Shown here: in pieces, positions 51,904 to 63,104 of the stretch
Layout of the letters: each line of letters starts with the position of its first letter
Position numbering within the stretch: position 1 is the first letter of the stretch
NCBI GenBank assembly: GCA_031409335.1
Contig: JANNWY010000095.1
Coordinates: 1-64,000 of the forward strand
DNA: 64,000 nucleotides
Direction of reading: 5' to 3'
From: Chthoniobacteraceae bacterium
GTDB lineage: Bacteria > Verrucomicrobiota > Verrucomicrobiia > Chthoniobacterales > Chthoniobacteraceae
Notes under the pieces: model-generated
What the model was told of the DNA's origin: nothing
The model's input: only the letters and a program-made list of their open reading frames with translations
Database searches by the model: none
Made by a program: the position numbers and the translations under genes

Positions 51904-53274
51904 ATGAACCAAACACCGAAATTGTCCGCTTCACTCTTTGCTCTTGCCTCGTTGCTTACGGGAGCGACTGCGAGCGCACAGGACTTTTTTCGCGACTTCG
52001 GGACCTCGCGTTCTTCCGGCGGGATCGGTCCGGTCGTTGCATCGGAATATACCTACACGGACACAACGCCAGTCGGCCTTCGGCCACTGGCAAGTCCTGA
52101 TCTCGCTGAGGAGTCCGACAAATATAATTTTGCGCTCGGACCGATGCGCTTCACCATCGCTGCCGGTGTGGGCTTGGAGTTCAACGACAACATCTTCCTG
52201 TCCGATCGCAATCGGGAATCTGACTTCATCCTGCGGCCCTCGATCTCGATCGACTCGTCGTGGAAATTGAGCGAGCGGAACACGCTGCGACTGGGTGTCG
52301 AGCTGAGCTATGCCAAGTATTTTGACCACAGCGAACTCGATACCGATGGCGTCCTCGTCTCACCCACCTCGGAGCTCGCCTTCACATTCGAGATTGGTGC
52401 GGTAAAGGTCACCCTGCGGGGCCGCGGCTCCTATCAGGAGGACACATACGATGTTCCGGTTTTGAGCGACGTCGTCCAGTATCGTCGGGCTGAGACTCAA
52501 ATCGGCATTCAGGCCGATTGGGCGATCAATCAGAACGCGACGCTCGTAGGCGGATACGACCATTTCAATCTGTGGACGTTCGACGAGGAATTCTCTGCCG
52601 ACGAGCGTTCGGTGGACACCTTCTTCCTGAAGCCATCCTATCAATTCACTCCGACAGTCAAAGCAGGCATTGTCGCGGCCTTTAGCGCCATCACTTTCAA
52701 TGAGGATCTGCGCCAGGACGGAACCAATGTCCTAGTCGGGCCCTTCATCGAGTGGAAGCTGTCGGAAGTGATGACACTCTATGTGGAGGGTGGCTTTCAG
52801 GATTTGAGTTTCGATGGCAGTTCGTCGTTCGATGAGGATTTCCTGCGCGGCCTTACCGATGAGGAAAGAACGCTGTTCGAGGATGACGAGGACTCATCCA
52901 CTTGGTATGTGAAGTTCGAGTTAAACCATCAGGCGAACGACTATTTTTCGCATAAACTCGCGGGCTCCAAGACTTCCGAAATCGGCATTGGCTCCGACTT
53001 CTACGACCTCTATCACATCGAATACACCGCAAACTGGAAGAACTTCTTCGCCAAGACGGAATTTAGCCCCACCCTATTTTTCGAGCACTACGAAACTTCC
53101 GGGTTCGGCGGCGAGGAGGCCAATCGTTTCGGCGCAGCGCTTGGAGTGCGCTATAATTTGACGAATTCCATCACACTCGGGCTCGATTATCGCTTTATCT
53201 GGAAGGACTCCGATCAGGAAGATGCAGACTACTACCAGAATCTCGCCTTCCTCAGCATCTACTACAAATTCTAA
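51904..53274 (+). CDS. Outer-membrane beta-barrel, exopolysaccharide-export associated
   Basis: Signal peptide, alternating beta pattern, terminal YKF; upstream of wza/wzc. Confidence 0.8.
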   Translation: MNQTPKLSASLFALASLLTGATASAQDFFRDFGTSRSSGGIGPVVASEYTYTDTTPVGLRPLASPDLAEESDKYNFALGPMRFTIAAGVGLEFNDNIFLSDRNRESDFILRPSISIDSSWKLSERNTLRLGVELSYAKYFDHSELDTDGVLVSPTSELAFTFEIGAVKVTLRGRGSYQEDTYDVPVLSDVVQYRRAETQIGIQADWAINQNATLVGGYDHFNLWTFDEEFSADERSVDTFFLKPSYQFTPTVKAGIVAAFSAITFNEDLRQDGTNVLVGPFIEWKLSEVMTLYVEGGFQDLSFDGSSSFDEDFLRGLTDEERTLFEDDEDSSTWYVKFELNHQANDYFSHKLAGSKTSEIGIGSDFYDLYHIEYTANWKNFFAKTEFSPTLFFEHYETSGFGGEEANRFGAALGVRYNLTNSITLGLDYRFIWKDSDQEDADYYQNLAFLSIYYKF

Positions 53275-53291
53275 CCCGACCTACCCAGCCT

Positions 53292-53993
53292 ATGCGTGAC
53301 CGCCTGATTCATTGGATAAATCTCGCAGTCGCAGTGCTGGCATTGCCGGTTGGAAGTTTAGCGCAGGAGAACGTCCGGCGCGCCGAGCCTGTAAACCCAG
53401 GTTTGTTGTATGAAAACTCTCCCGGAGGTTCGACCGCGACGCTGATGCAGCGCACGGTGCTGGTTGACCCGAACAAGCGGCTGGGTGTCGGAGATCAGGT
53501 TGCGATTGAGATTGTTGAGGATCGTGAAGGTCCCACTTCGCGACTCATCACCGCGACCGGTGATCTGGAAGTCCCGCCGCTCGACCGCGTGCATGTCGCC
53601 GGAAAAACCACCACTGAAGCCGCCGCCGAGATCAAGCGATTGTTGGAGGCAGACTACTACTACCGCGCAACCGTGAAGCTATCCATTGACCGCGTGAACG
53701 TCTCTGCCGCGCTCGGCAAAATCCAGATCTCCGGTGAAGTGGGTATTCCCGGTGTCCTTGAGTTTAATCTCGCGGATCCGCTGACATTGAATGAAGCCAT
53801 TCTCAAGGCAGGAAACTTCAAGGATTTCGCTGATCCGAAGAAAGTCCGGGTGGCAAGAGTGAAGGGCGGCGCGAAAAAGGAGTTCACTGTCGATGTAAAA
53901 GCCGTCCAGCGCGATGGAGCAGCGGACAAGGACATCACGCTGGAAGACGGAGACCGGGTGTACATTCCAAAGGTGTTCATTCGCTGGAACTAA
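53292..53993 (+). CDS. Polysaccharide export protein (short Wza/OPX, SLBB)
   Basis: LGVGD, AGKT, ISGEV..PG, AILKAG.F, LEDGDRVYIP motifs. Confidence 0.88.
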   Translation: MRDRLIHWINLAVAVLALPVGSLAQENVRRAEPVNPGLLYENSPGGSTATLMQRTVLVDPNKRLGVGDQVAIEIVEDREGPTSRLITATGDLEVPPLDRVHVAGKTTTEAAAEIKRLLEADYYYRATVKLSIDRVNVSAALGKIQISGEVGIPGVLEFNLADPLTLNEAILKAGNFKDFADPKKVRVARVKGGAKKEFTVDVKAVQRDGAADKDITLEDGDRVYIPKVFIRWN

Positions 53994-54011
53994 ATCGGGA
54001 CTACTTTTACG

Positions 54012-56111
54012 ATGGACTCGCCCAATCCCACTCCACCATCACGCTCGCTGAATTCCGTGTTCGGCTTGAAGTTCTACAAGTATCGGAATCTTCTCCGCAA
54101 ACAGTGGTGGATTCTGGCGCTGACGGTGGGTCTTGGGCTGGCGTGGAAAGGTTGGTATCTGTTCACCCAGCCTGACTACTTCGAATCGACAAGCGAGATC
54201 AGCGTGCCCGAAGAAGTGAAAGGCATGGAGGAAAAGCGATTATTCCGGATGGAATTCTACGAGGAATACGTTGGCAATACGATGCGCACCTTGCAAAGCC
54301 CGGAGGTCGCGGAGGCTGCCAGGAAGCGCGTTGATTTGGAAATGCCAGATGTCCTTTCGGAGGTTCTGATCACGCCAGTCAATGTTCCGCGAACCATGAT
54401 CTTCTCCGTCACCGGGCGCGGGACGAATCGCGAGTACACCCGTCGTTTCGTGGATGCGATGGTCGGGGAATTCATCGCGTATCGCAAATCACTTCGAAAG
54501 GGTGCCGTTCACGAAACCAGCGGAGACCTGCAAGGGGAGCTCGAGTCGCTTCGCAAGGATTTGACCGCGCGGAAGGCAGAGTTTCAGACATTCATCGAAA
54601 AGAATGGCATGGCTGCGTGGAAGGAGCAGGCCACTGGTGCCAACGCTTTCCTCTCCGGTCTGAAAGCGAAGCAGTCACAACTCGAGCATGACCTGCTTCG
54701 CCTTCAAAACCTGAAGCCAGACCAGCTTCTTCTCTCCACCCAGCCATTGAGCCTTTCCGAGGGTCAGCAGCTTGGAAAGTCTTCAGGCCCTGAGAGTGGT
54801 ACCAAGCCTGACGGCGGTTTTGGTGGAAACGAACTTTACTCGCAGTTTTTGCAAATCTCCCGACTCGTGGTGCAAAAGCAGGCCGATCTGGAGGAGCGGA
54901 GCACGATTTGGAAGCCGAAGCATCCGAAACTGAAATCGTTGGAGCGGGAAGTCGAAGGACTGCAACGGCAGATTGGCGTGATCAAGAAACAGACTGCGGA
55001 AGCCATGGCGTCTCAGGTTGAAGCGATTAAGAGCGACCTGAAAAGTCTCGAAGCAAGCATCGCCGCCTCGACGGAGAAGTTGAATGAGGCAAGCAAGAAG
55101 GACAACGAATACAATCGTCTCGAAACGGAGATCAATCGGCTGCAAAAGCAGGAGGAGCAATTGGTCGCGGACCTGCGGAAAGTCGATGCGAAAACCGGAT
55201 TGGATTCTGGCCTGCCCACGGTCAAACGCGCCGCGACTTCGCCGATGCCTGTCCCTCGCGGCACGCTCAAGCATTTGTTACTCGGTCTGCTCGCAGGTGT
55301 TGCCTCGGGTGGCTTGGTTCTCTTTTTGATGGGTCGTTCGGATGATCGCCTGTCGTCTTCGACGGAAATTATCGAGCATTTTTCCGAGCCGATTTTGGGA
55401 CAAATCCCGGATGTCTCCGACAGCCGTGATGGCCAAGGACTTCCGCTGCTTGATCCAGAGGACGAGCGCTACACTTACGCGGAAGCCTTCCGAAGCCTGC
55501 GTTCGTCGCTGATCTTCATGCCAAATCAGTCCGAACTGAAGACGCTGATCGTGACCAGCGCCATCCCGAATGAGGGAAAGTCAACCGTCGCAAGCAACCT
55601 AGCGGTGACCATGGCTGCATCCGGCGCGCGCGTGTTGCTGGTGGATGCGGATCTTCGCCGGGGCGATATCGCCGAGTTGTTTCATCTGCAATCGGCAAAG
55701 GGACTCACCAATATCCTCCGCGGCGAGGCGCGTTGGAAGGATGCGGTTCACTCCACAAAGTATCCCTCCCTTTCGATCATCACTCGTGGACCCGTCACCA
55801 ATCAGTCTGGAGAGCTTCTCCTTCGGCCTGCGATGCTATCCCTTCTGGATGAGTTTAAGGAAGCCTACGATCTCACGATCTTTAACACGGCTCCCATTCT
55901 CGCCACCGACGACACACCGACGCTCGCGCCAAATTTCGACGGCTCATTGATGGTCGTGCGCGCTGGATTTACCTCGGCGCATCTGACCAAAAATGCGCTC
56001 AATGCCCTCTATCAGCGCCAGGTGAATGTCCTGGGCCTGATCTTGAATGCAATCGATGCCGAGATGCCGGACTACCACTACTATCGGTATCCAAAGTATT
56101 ACGCGGCGTAG
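54012..56111 (+). CDS. Polysaccharide co-polymerase / tyrosine autokinase (Wzc-like)
   Basis: Two TMs, EAFRSLRS, PNEGKS Walker A, VDADLR, Tyr cluster YHYYRYPKYY. Confidence 0.92.
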   Translation: MDSPNPTPPSRSLNSVFGLKFYKYRNLLRKQWWILALTVGLGLAWKGWYLFTQPDYFESTSEISVPEEVKGMEEKRLFRMEFYEEYVGNTMRTLQSPEVAEAARKRVDLEMPDVLSEVLITPVNVPRTMIFSVTGRGTNREYTRRFVDAMVGEFIAYRKSLRKGAVHETSGDLQGELESLRKDLTARKAEFQTFIEKNGMAAWKEQATGANAFLSGLKAKQSQLEHDLLRLQNLKPDQLLLSTQPLSLSEGQQLGKSSGPESGTKPDGGFGGNELYSQFLQISRLVVQKQADLEERSTIWKPKHPKLKSLEREVEGLQRQIGVIKKQTAEAMASQVEAIKSDLKSLEASIAASTEKLNEASKKDNEYNRLETEINRLQKQEEQLVADLRKVDAKTGLDSGLPTVKRAATSPMPVPRGTLKHLLLGLLAGVASGGLVLFLMGRSDDRLSSSTEIIEHFSEPILGQIPDVSDSRDGQGLPLLDPEDERYTYAEAFRSLRSSLIFMPNQSELKTLIVTSAIPNEGKSTVASNLAVTMAASGARVLLVDADLRRGDIAELFHLQSAKGLTNILRGEARWKDAVHSTKYPSLSIITRGPVTNQSGELLLRPAMLSLLDEFKEAYDLTIFNTAPILATDDTPTLAPNFDGSLMVVRAGFTSAHLTKNALNALYQRQVNVLGLILNAIDAEMPDYHYYRYPKYYAA

Positions 56112-56129
56112 CTTGGTTCGGCACCCGTG

Positions 56130-57647
56130 TCAGGGATTCCCGGCGAGATGACGGGACTGTCTCTTTGGTAAAATGCGACGCGGTGTTTTTCCGGCACCGG
56201 ATTTTTCCAAGAATGGCGGATGCTCGTTTCGTCCGGCACGGTGCCAATCCGCGCGCAGAGCTGCTTCCACCTGCGAGTTCGGCAGTCCACGCTCGGCAGT
56301 CAGAAATATGAAGAGATTCTCCGCCAAAGTCGCCAGCGCGATCGAGTGATGACGACCGATCCTGATGGAAATCCAATCGCTGAAATTTAGAAACGATTCA
56401 AACGGCGAACTCCCGCCCGTCCACAGCATCGGCGCGCTCTCGACGAAGTTGCCGCTATTCCCGACGAGATCCCAAAACCGCGCAAACCGGCGCATCCGCT
56501 GCATCGCCACAAAATCCAGCAGCTTGTTTTGGAGGATTTCGTAAGGCGGATTTGGGCTGTAGATCATCTCCCACTCCGCGTCGTGCCGCGCGATCGGCGT
56601 GCCGCGCAGCTTTTTCAAAATGCCGACCTGGATCTCCTGTGGCCGCAGCGCGAGGAGTCGATCGAATCCGCGTCCGAAGCTCGCCGTGTCTTCCCCAGGC
56701 AGCCCGACGATCAAGTCGGCGTGGATGTGGACGCCGGTGTGTTCGCGGAGGAAACGCAAATTGTCTTCAAGCCGATCGAGGTTTTGCCGGCGGCTGATGT
56801 TCCGCGAAGTCGCCTCATCGAAGGTCTGAATGCCGACCTCGAACTGCAACGCGCCTGGCGGAAACTTTGCGATCACTTCGCGAAGTGGTTCGGGCAGACG
56901 ATCCGGCACCATTTCAAAGTGCATGAACAATCCATCGCGCCAGCGTGCGAGGAAAAACTCCAGGATCGCCCGGCTGGTTGCGAGATTCAGATTGAAGGTG
57001 CGATCCACAAACTTGAACTGCGTCGCTCCGCGCGCAAGCAGGTCATCGAGCGCCGCGAGAAAAGGCGGCAGCGCGAACGCCCGCACTGGAATATCGAGCG
57101 ACGAAAGACAGAACTCGCAAGTGAACGGGCAGCCGCGCGATGCTTCCACGTAGAGCACCCGATGCGCGATGTCGTGATCGGAGTAAAGCTCGTATGGCAT
57201 TCGCAATTGCTCCGGCAGTGGCAGTGGTGCAGCGATCATTTTTGGCAGATCGCGTTTCCCATCAAGGAGCGCGCCGCAGACTTCGGCGAATGCCAAATCG
57301 GCTTCACCCGTGATGACATGATCCGCGAGTCGCACGATCTCCTGCTGGTCGGATTCGTAGCTCACCTCCGGCCCGCCCAAAACGATCTTCAAGTCTGGCC
57401 GCAGCCGCTTGAGCAGCGCCACGACTTCCGTCGTCGGAGCCACGTTCCAGATGTAAACGCCGAGGCCGAGAATGCGCGGCGCATGAGCCATAATCGCATC
57501 GACGATCTCCAGCGGTCGCTGGTTGATATCGAATTCCGCGATGGCTGCTTCATTCCGCAACGCACCCAAATTCGCCATCAGATAGCGAAGGCCAAACGCC
57601 GCATGAATGTAGCGGGCGTTGAGCGTGGCGAGCAGGATTTGAGACAT
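56130..57647 (-). CDS. B12-binding radical SAM protein (DUF4080 type)
   Basis: [35 protein letters not shown] motifs. Confidence 0.9.
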   Translation of the reverse strand: MSQILLATLNARYIHAAFGLRYLMANLGALRNEAAIAEFDINQRPLEIVDAIMAHAPRILGLGVYIWNVAPTTEVVALLKRLRPDLKIVLGGPEVSYESDQQEIVRLADHVITGEADLAFAEVCGALLDGKRDLPKMIAAPLPLPEQLRMPYELYSDHDIAHRVLYVEASRGCPFTCEFCLSSLDIPVRAFALPPFLAALDDLLARGATQFKFVDRTFNLNLATSRAILEFFLARWRDGLFMHFEMVPDRLPEPLREVIAKFPPGALQFEVGIQTFDEATSRNISRRQNLDRLEDNLRFLREHTGVHIHADLIVGLPGEDTASFGRGFDRLLALRPQEIQVGILKKLRGTPIARHDAEWEMIYSPNPPYEILQNKLLDFVAMQRMRRFARFWDLVGNSGNFVESAPMLWTGGSSPFESFLNFSDWISIRIGRHHSIALATLAENLFIFLTAERGLPNSQVEAALRADWHRAGRNEHPPFLEKSGAGKTPRRILPKRQSRHLAGNP

Positions 57648-57655
57648 TGCAGATG

Positions 57656-58936
57656 CTAAGTCCCAAGCGCCCGCGCCGCGACTTCCGCGGTGCGCGCCAT
57701 GTCCGCGGAGGTGTGCGCGAGGCTGATGAATCCCGCCTCGAATTGCGAAGGCGCGAAGTAGATTCCGCCATCCAGACATGCGTGAAAATAACGCGCGAAC
57801 GCTTTCCGATCGCTGCGTTGTGCGTCGGCGAGGTTGTGAATCTCGCCATCCGTGAAATACAGGCAGAACATCGAGCCGATGCGTTGGAAAACGTAGTCGC
57901 GTCCCGCTTTTTTCAGCGCCGCGCGCGTGCCGGCCTCGAATTCCGCGCCGATTTCTTCGAGCTTCGCCCAGCCATTCACGCACTCCATTTCTCGGAGCTG
58001 CGCGAGCCCAGCCGCCATCGCCAGCGGGTTCCCGGAAAGCGTGCCGGCTTGATAGACCGGGCCATCAGGCGAGAGGCAATTCATGATTTCCGCCGCGCCA
58101 CCAAATGCACCCACGGGCAACCCACCGCCGATCACCTTTCCGAGCGCCGTCAGATCGGGCGCGATCCCGCAAAGTTCCTGATAGCCACCGCGGGCAAGAC
58201 GGAAGCCAGTCATCACCTCGTCGAAAATCAGGACGGCACCGTATTGCGAGCACTGCTGCCGGAGCACTTCCAGGAATCCTTCGCGCGGCAGATAGAGCCC
58301 CGCATTTGCCGGCACCGGCTCGACGATCACCGCCGCGAGCTGGCTTCCCTGCGCCATAAAAAGCGAGCGCAGCGCGGTGACATCGTTGAATGGAAGCGTC
58401 ACAGTGAGCGCGGCGAGCGCGGCGGGCACACCCGCGCTGTCCGGCTGTCCATGCGTCAGCGCGCCACTGCCGGCTTTCACCAAAAGCGAATCCACATGGC
58501 CATGGTAACAGCCTTCAAATTTCACCACGAGATCCCGGCCCGTGAATCCGCGCGCCAGCCGAATGCACGACATCGTCGCTTCCGTCCCGCTGTTCACCAT
58601 GCGGACTTTTTCAATCGACGGCACCCATTCCACGATCGTTCGCGCCATCTCGATCTCGAACGGATTCGGAATTCCAAAACTCACTCCTTTCGCCGCCGCC
58701 GCAGCGATCGCATCGCGCACCACCACCGGCGCATGACCGAGAATCGCCGGCCCCCACGTGCCCACGTAGTCGATCAGCTCATTCCCATCCAAATCCCAAA
58801 CATGAGCACCCTCCGCGCGATCGACGAAAAACGGTTCACCACCCACACCGCGGAAAGCGCGGACTGGGGAATTGACCCCGCCCGGGATGTATTTGCAGGC
58901 TTCAGCGAATGCGGAAGAAGAACGTGAATGATTCAT
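57656..58936 (-). CDS. hemL: Glutamate-1-semialdehyde 2,1-aminomutase
   Basis: [45 protein letters not shown] motifs. Confidence 0.96.
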   Translation of the reverse strand: MNHSRSSSAFAEACKYIPGGVNSPVRAFRGVGGEPFFVDRAEGAHVWDLDGNELIDYVGTWGPAILGHAPVVVRDAIAAAAAKGVSFGIPNPFEIEMARTIVEWVPSIEKVRMVNSGTEATMSCIRLARGFTGRDLVVKFEGCYHGHVDSLLVKAGSGALTHGQPDSAGVPAALAALTVTLPFNDVTALRSLFMAQGSQLAAVIVEPVPANAGLYLPREGFLEVLRQQCSQYGAVLIFDEVMTGFRLARGGYQELCGIAPDLTALGKVIGGGLPVGAFGGAAEIMNCLSPDGPVYQAGTLSGNPLAMAAGLAQLREMECVNGWAKLEEIGAEFEAGTRAALKKAGRDYVFQRIGSMFCLYFTDGEIHNLADAQRSDRKAFARYFHACLDGGIYFAPSQFEAGFISLAHTSADMARTAEVAARALGT

Positions 58937-59027
58937 GAGCGATTGCGTCGAACTGCTGAATGCAGAACGACCCACGCCGCAAGAGCAGAGTTTGGACACG
59001 CGCCGAAACAGCGGCTAGTCTCGCACC

Positions 59028-59729
59028 ATGAAAGCGCTCCCGTCCCCGCTCGCCGCGGCACTTTTCCTCGCGCCATTTTTCGCTCAAGCCGGCGCGGTCA
59101 TCCGCGAAGATGGAGCCGTCTATCTCGAAGACTTCATCAAGCAGCCCATCCACCTCACCATTCTCGCGGAAACCAGCATCTTTTACCAAAGCGATCTCAA
59201 GCGCTATCTCGGCACCATCCGAAAAGGGCAGATCGTCGAACTTCAGGCCGTCGGTGAAAACGCGTATCGCATCCGCGGCAAGGCGCAGCAAGGACAGGTC
59301 GCCGGATGGGTGACGGCAGCCTCGCTGAGTCCGCTGAAACAGGAATTTCTCGACAACCTGCGCAAGAACGCCGCGCGTAAATCCGAAGTGGACACGCTCA
59401 TCGCAAAAAACGAAGTCGCCGTGAACATGACCCCGGAAGAAGTCGTGAAAGCGCTCGGCAAAGTGTCGAAGAAAACCTCGCGCCTCGATGCCAATGGCCG
59501 CGAGGAAGTATGGGAATTCATCCGCTACGATCGCGTGCCGCAGCAAGTGACCTCGTATGACCGCAATGGCCGCCTCGTCACGAACATCGTTTACGTGAAA
59601 GTGCCCAGCGGCAAGCTGGCCGTGACATTTCAAGACAACCTCGTGAGCGCGCTGGAAAAAACCGAAGGAACCCTCGACCGCGACGCGCGCGTGAAGATCG
59701 TTTCCGCACCGATCACCGTCGCATTTTAG
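59028..59729 (+). CDS. Exported hypothetical protein (SH3-like plus BamE/SmpA-like segment)
   Basis: Signal peptide; MTPEEVVKALGK...VWEF pattern. Confidence 0.7.
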   Translation: MKALPSPLAAALFLAPFFAQAGAVIREDGAVYLEDFIKQPIHLTILAETSIFYQSDLKRYLGTIRKGQIVELQAVGENAYRIRGKAQQGQVAGWVTAASLSPLKQEFLDNLRKNAARKSEVDTLIAKNEVAVNMTPEEVVKALGKVSKKTSRLDANGREEVWEFIRYDRVPQQVTSYDRNGRLVTNIVYVKVPSGKLAVTFQDNLVSALEKTEGTLDRDARVKIVSAPITVAF

Positions 59730-59788
59730 CGCCCAAGCGGCGGTTGACGCCCGCGGCATTCTCGATTACCTCACGCCTTCACAAAAGC

Positions 59789-59863
59789 GGCGGGGTAGCC
59801 AAGTGGTAAGGCAGGGCTCTGCAAAAGCCCTATTCGAGAGTTCGATTCTCTCCCCCGCCTCCA
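59789..59863 (+). tRNA. tRNA-Cys (GCA)
   Basis: GGCGGGG acceptor pairs with CCCCGCC; D-loop AGTGGTA; anticodon loop CT-GCA-AA; GTTCGATT T-loop; encoded CCA. Confidence 0.95.
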
Positions 59864-60015
59864 TTCAAGGCGGCAGCAAGGTTTGCGGGCGATTGCGTTT
59901 CTGCGAAACAGGAAAACGAGGACCGAAGTCGGAACCCTTTGGCGAAACAGTGTGCCGCCTCGTCAGCGAGAGAATGTTCGCCAATCCGCAATGGGGCGCG
60001 GTAATTTCCAATTGC

Positions 60016-61026
60016 ATGTTTTCCCGTATCTTTTCGATGACCATGACGACGCTCGTTCTCGCCATGCACGCGCAGGCCGATCCGCTTGCGGAACTGGCGG
60101 CGTTTTCCTCTTTCAAAAGCGTCAGTCTCGACAAACTCGCGGGGGGCTCGGTGATGGCGACTCGCGGGCCAGTGATGAGTTCTTCGCGCGGGCTGGCGGT
60201 CGAAAGTTGTTACGTCATTCGCAAGCCGCTGACACGCGCGATCGCGCTGCACCAGCAGTGGAGTCCACTGAAACATCCGGAACTGAAAGTCTGGCTGCAT
60301 GGCGATCTCACGGCGCGGTCGGGGCCTGGCGATTTTCATAGGCTGCGTTCGGCACCGTCGAATGCCGCGGTGAAGGCATTCGTCTTTGCCACGCAAAAGC
60401 TGGCGTCGGGTGGCGCGGATTTGCAGTTGAGCAAGGCGGAGATGGGTGCGTTTGCGGGAACGCCGGGCGCGGATTCGGGGGCGATGCCGGAGAAGGTGGT
60501 GAACTTTTGGGGCGGCGTGCTTTCACAGCGTTTGCAGGCTTATGCAAGCGGCGGCCTTGGACGACTGGCACCTTACGAAAATGCGGGGGAGGCGATCCGG
60601 CCGGCGGATGAAGTGGCGCGTCTGCTGAAGGATGCGAGCAAAGTGCGCGGGCAGTTTTCCGCGCTGATCGATGGCTCGAAGGGCGGGCTCACGCCGACGC
60701 TTTATTGGGAGCTGGTGAATGTGGAAGACTCTGCCGCGGTGAATCTCGGCGCATCTTACGCGAAGCCCGGCACGAACACGTGGCAGGGTCTCGACGTGCA
60801 ATTTTACGCGAGCGGCGGTTACTGCGCGCTGCTGAGTTTCGTGCAGATGTGGCCGGTAAATGTCGGCGGACAGGACGCGACGCTCGTCTGGCGCGGCGAC
60901 CTGATTTCCTCGGCGATGCTGGCTTCACTGAAGGGCGTGGAGCGCATGGGATCGAGCACGGCGATGATGCGCGAGACGCAGAAATTCATCGAGCGCTTCC
61001 TGAGCGACGCGGCAAAGGCACCGTGA
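60016..61026 (+). CDS. Secreted hypothetical protein
   Basis: Signal peptide ending in AQA; coding-like composition; overlaps the next gene. Confidence 0.7.
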   Translation: MFSRIFSMTMTTLVLAMHAQADPLAELAAFSSFKSVSLDKLAGGSVMATRGPVMSSSRGLAVESCYVIRKPLTRAIALHQQWSPLKHPELKVWLHGDLTARSGPGDFHRLRSAPSNAAVKAFVFATQKLASGGADLQLSKAEMGAFAGTPGADSGAMPEKVVNFWGGVLSQRLQAYASGGLGRLAPYENAGEAIRPADEVARLLKDASKVRGQFSALIDGSKGGLTPTLYWELVNVEDSAAVNLGASYAKPGTNTWQGLDVQFYASGGYCALLSFVQMWPVNVGGQDATLVWRGDLISSAMLASLKGVERMGSSTAMMRETQKFIERFLSDAAKAP

Positions 61027-61907
61027 AAACTTTCAACATCATGTTCACTCGGACGTTCGCCAAAATCATCGTCAGCGCGGGACTCGTGGCCACACCAGCA
61101 TTTGCCGCGTCGTGGGAAACCGAGGTCAGTTTCTCTGCGGTCGCAGACTCGAAATTCGAGAGCCGTTCATTTCGTGGCGATGTGAGTGAAGTGGATTTCG
61201 GCGTCCGCGCAGTAGCCTCGCATCAGTTCGGTGGCAGCCCGCTTTTTCGCATGGGTGTCGAGTGGCGGCGATACGATTTCAGCCTGCCGCGGCGCGCGCC
61301 ACTTCCCGACAAGCTGCAATCACTCGCACTCGTTCTCGGCGCGGATTTTCAGATCGGCGATGCCTGGCTTTTCCGACTGGAAGCCACACCCGGTTTCTAC
61401 CACGGCGGCACCGATCTCGGCGCGGATGGTTTTAATGTGCCGGTGCTGTTCGGTGGCTCCTATTTTGTGAATGCCGACCTGCAATTCATCGCGGGCATCG
61501 AGCTGGATGTAAACCGCAAGTATCCCGTGCTCGGCGCGATCGGGGTGCGGTGGAAGTTCGCGACAAATTTCGTGCTGAATGCCGTCCTGCCTGCGCCGCG
61601 TCTGGAGTATAGCTTCAGCAAATCGCTGACTGGCTACATCGGCGCGGACATTCGCGAAACGACCTATCGCATGGAAAGCGGCTTCGGACGCTCGCGTGGC
61701 CAGCGGAAACTCGACAGCGCGATCGTGGACCATACGCAAATCCGTGTCGGCATCGGCGCGACATGGAACATCAATTCGACTTTCACCCTTGAAGCCGAGG
61801 CGGGCATCGTCGCCTATCACGAGCTGAATTATCACCGCGCCGAGGTCGGTGTGAAATCCGATGGCTACCCAGCCTATGGCGGCCTCTCGCTAAAGGCCGC
61901 GTTCTGA
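61023..61907 (+). CDS. Outer-membrane beta-barrel (DUF6268-like)
   Basis: Signal peptide, amphipathic strands, LPAPRLEY, terminal Phe. Start is 61023 (GTG) or 61041. Confidence 0.75.
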   Translation: MKTFNIMFTRTFAKIIVSAGLVATPAFAASWETEVSFSAVADSKFESRSFRGDVSEVDFGVRAVASHQFGGSPLFRMGVEWRRYDFSLPRRAPLPDKLQSLALVLGADFQIGDAWLFRLEATPGFYHGGTDLGADGFNVPVLFGGSYFVNADLQFIAGIELDVNRKYPVLGAIGVRWKFATNFVLNAVLPAPRLEYSFSKSLTGYIGADIRETTYRMESGFGRSRGQRKLDSAIVDHTQIRVGIGATWNINSTFTLEAEAGIVAYHELNYHRAEVGVKSDGYPAYGGLSLKAAF

Positions 61908-61910
61908 TTC

Positions 61911-63104
61911 GTGCCCGCAGTTGTCGCCGATCATCGCACTGCCGACTTCGGCGCAGACGCGCTGCGTTATCGCACGACGAGCGGCGATGCGTGGGTGGTC
62001 GCGTCCGCCGCGCGCATTCCCGCGGAGCTACGCCGCACCGCGCTGGCGGGACGCAACAAGGATTTCCGCTACTACGCGCTGCTGGAGGAAACCCTGCGGG
62101 AACAATTCGACTACCGCTATTTCGTGCTGCGTGACGAAGCCTCCGGCGAGTGGGCGATCCAGCCGCTTTTTTTTGTGAATCAGGATTTACTCGGTGGCCT
62201 GCCAAAGGCGGTGCGTTCGCTCTTTGCACCCATCCGCAAACTGTGGCCGCGCTTCCTCAAGTTGCGCATGATGATGATTGGCTGCGCAGCCGGAGAGGGT
62301 GAACTCGATCACGCCGGGCCTTGGCTCGCGGAGGCATTGCGCGAGACGATTGATGCCTACCGTCCGCACGCGCGCGCGTCGCTGATTTTGTTCAAGGATT
62401 TCCCGTCGATGTATCGGGACTCGCTCCACTCACTCGCAAAGCACGGCTACCAACGCGCACCGAGCATGCCCTCCGCCCGGCTGGAGTTGGACTTCGCGGA
62501 TTTCGAGGAATACATGACCGCCCGGCTGAGCAAAGTCTTCCGCAAAAACCTCCGCCGGAAACTGCGCGCCTCGGAAAGCTCCGCACCGATCACGATGGAA
62601 GTGCTCCCCGACGCGGCGCACTTGGTGGACGAGATATACCCGCTTTACCGCCAGACTTACGAACGCTCGGATTTTAAGTTCGAAGAGTTGAACAAGGAAT
62701 ACTTTGCGCTCATCGGCAAACGGCAGTCGGATCGCGCGCGCTATTTCATCTGGCGGCAGGGCGGACGGATCATCGCCTTCAATCTCTGCCTTATCCACGA
62801 TGGCACCCTGCAAGACCTTGATGTTGGCCTCGACTACTCGGTCGCGCTTGATCTGCACCTTTACTTCCGCACCTGGCGCGACGTCATCGAGTGGTGCCTG
62901 AGCAACGGGGTGACCGCCTATTCCACCGGCCCGCTGAACTACGATCCGAAGCTACACCTCAAGCTCACCCTTTCCCCGCTCGACCTCTACGCGCGCCACA
63001 ACTCTCCTTTCATCAATCCCATCTTTAAGATCGCCATCAAGTATCTCGAACCCACCCGGCACGATCCCATCCTCAAGCGTTTCAGCAACGCGCATGAACT
63101 CTAG
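61911..63104 (+). CDS. GNAT/FemAB-like acyltransferase
   Basis: FADFEEY..LS...RKNLRRK, VGLDY, LYF, YDPK motifs. Confidence 0.8.
   Translation: MPAVVADHRTADFGADALRYRTTSGDAWVVASAARIPAELRRTALAGRNKDFRYYALLEETLREQFDYRYFVLRDEASGEWAIQPLFFVNQDLLGGLPKAVRSLFAPIRKLWPRFLKLRMMMIGCAAGEGELDHAGPWLAEALRETIDAYRPHARASLILFKDFPSMYRDSLHSLAKHGYQRAPSMPSARLELDFADFEEYMTARLSKVFRKNLRRKLRASESSAPITMEVLPDAAHLVDEIYPLYRQTYERSDFKFEELNKEYFALIGKRQSDRARYFIWRQGGRIIAFNLCLIHDGTLQDLDVGLDYSVALDLHLYFRTWRDVIEWCLSNGVTAYSTGPLNYDPKLHLKLTLSPLDLYARHNSPFINPIFKIAIKYLEPTRHDPILKRFSNAHEL

Noticed and set aside
59789..59863. tRNA-Cys as an integration site
   Set aside because: No integrase and no duplicated tRNA 3' end seen within the window.
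59864..60015. Possible riboswitch/ncRNA after tRNA-Cys
   Set aside because: No recognisable conserved aptamer motif by eye; an Rfam scan would be needed.
59803..60015. Extended N-terminus of the 407-aa ORF
   Set aside because: Overlaps the tRNA; the signal peptide indicates a start at 60016.
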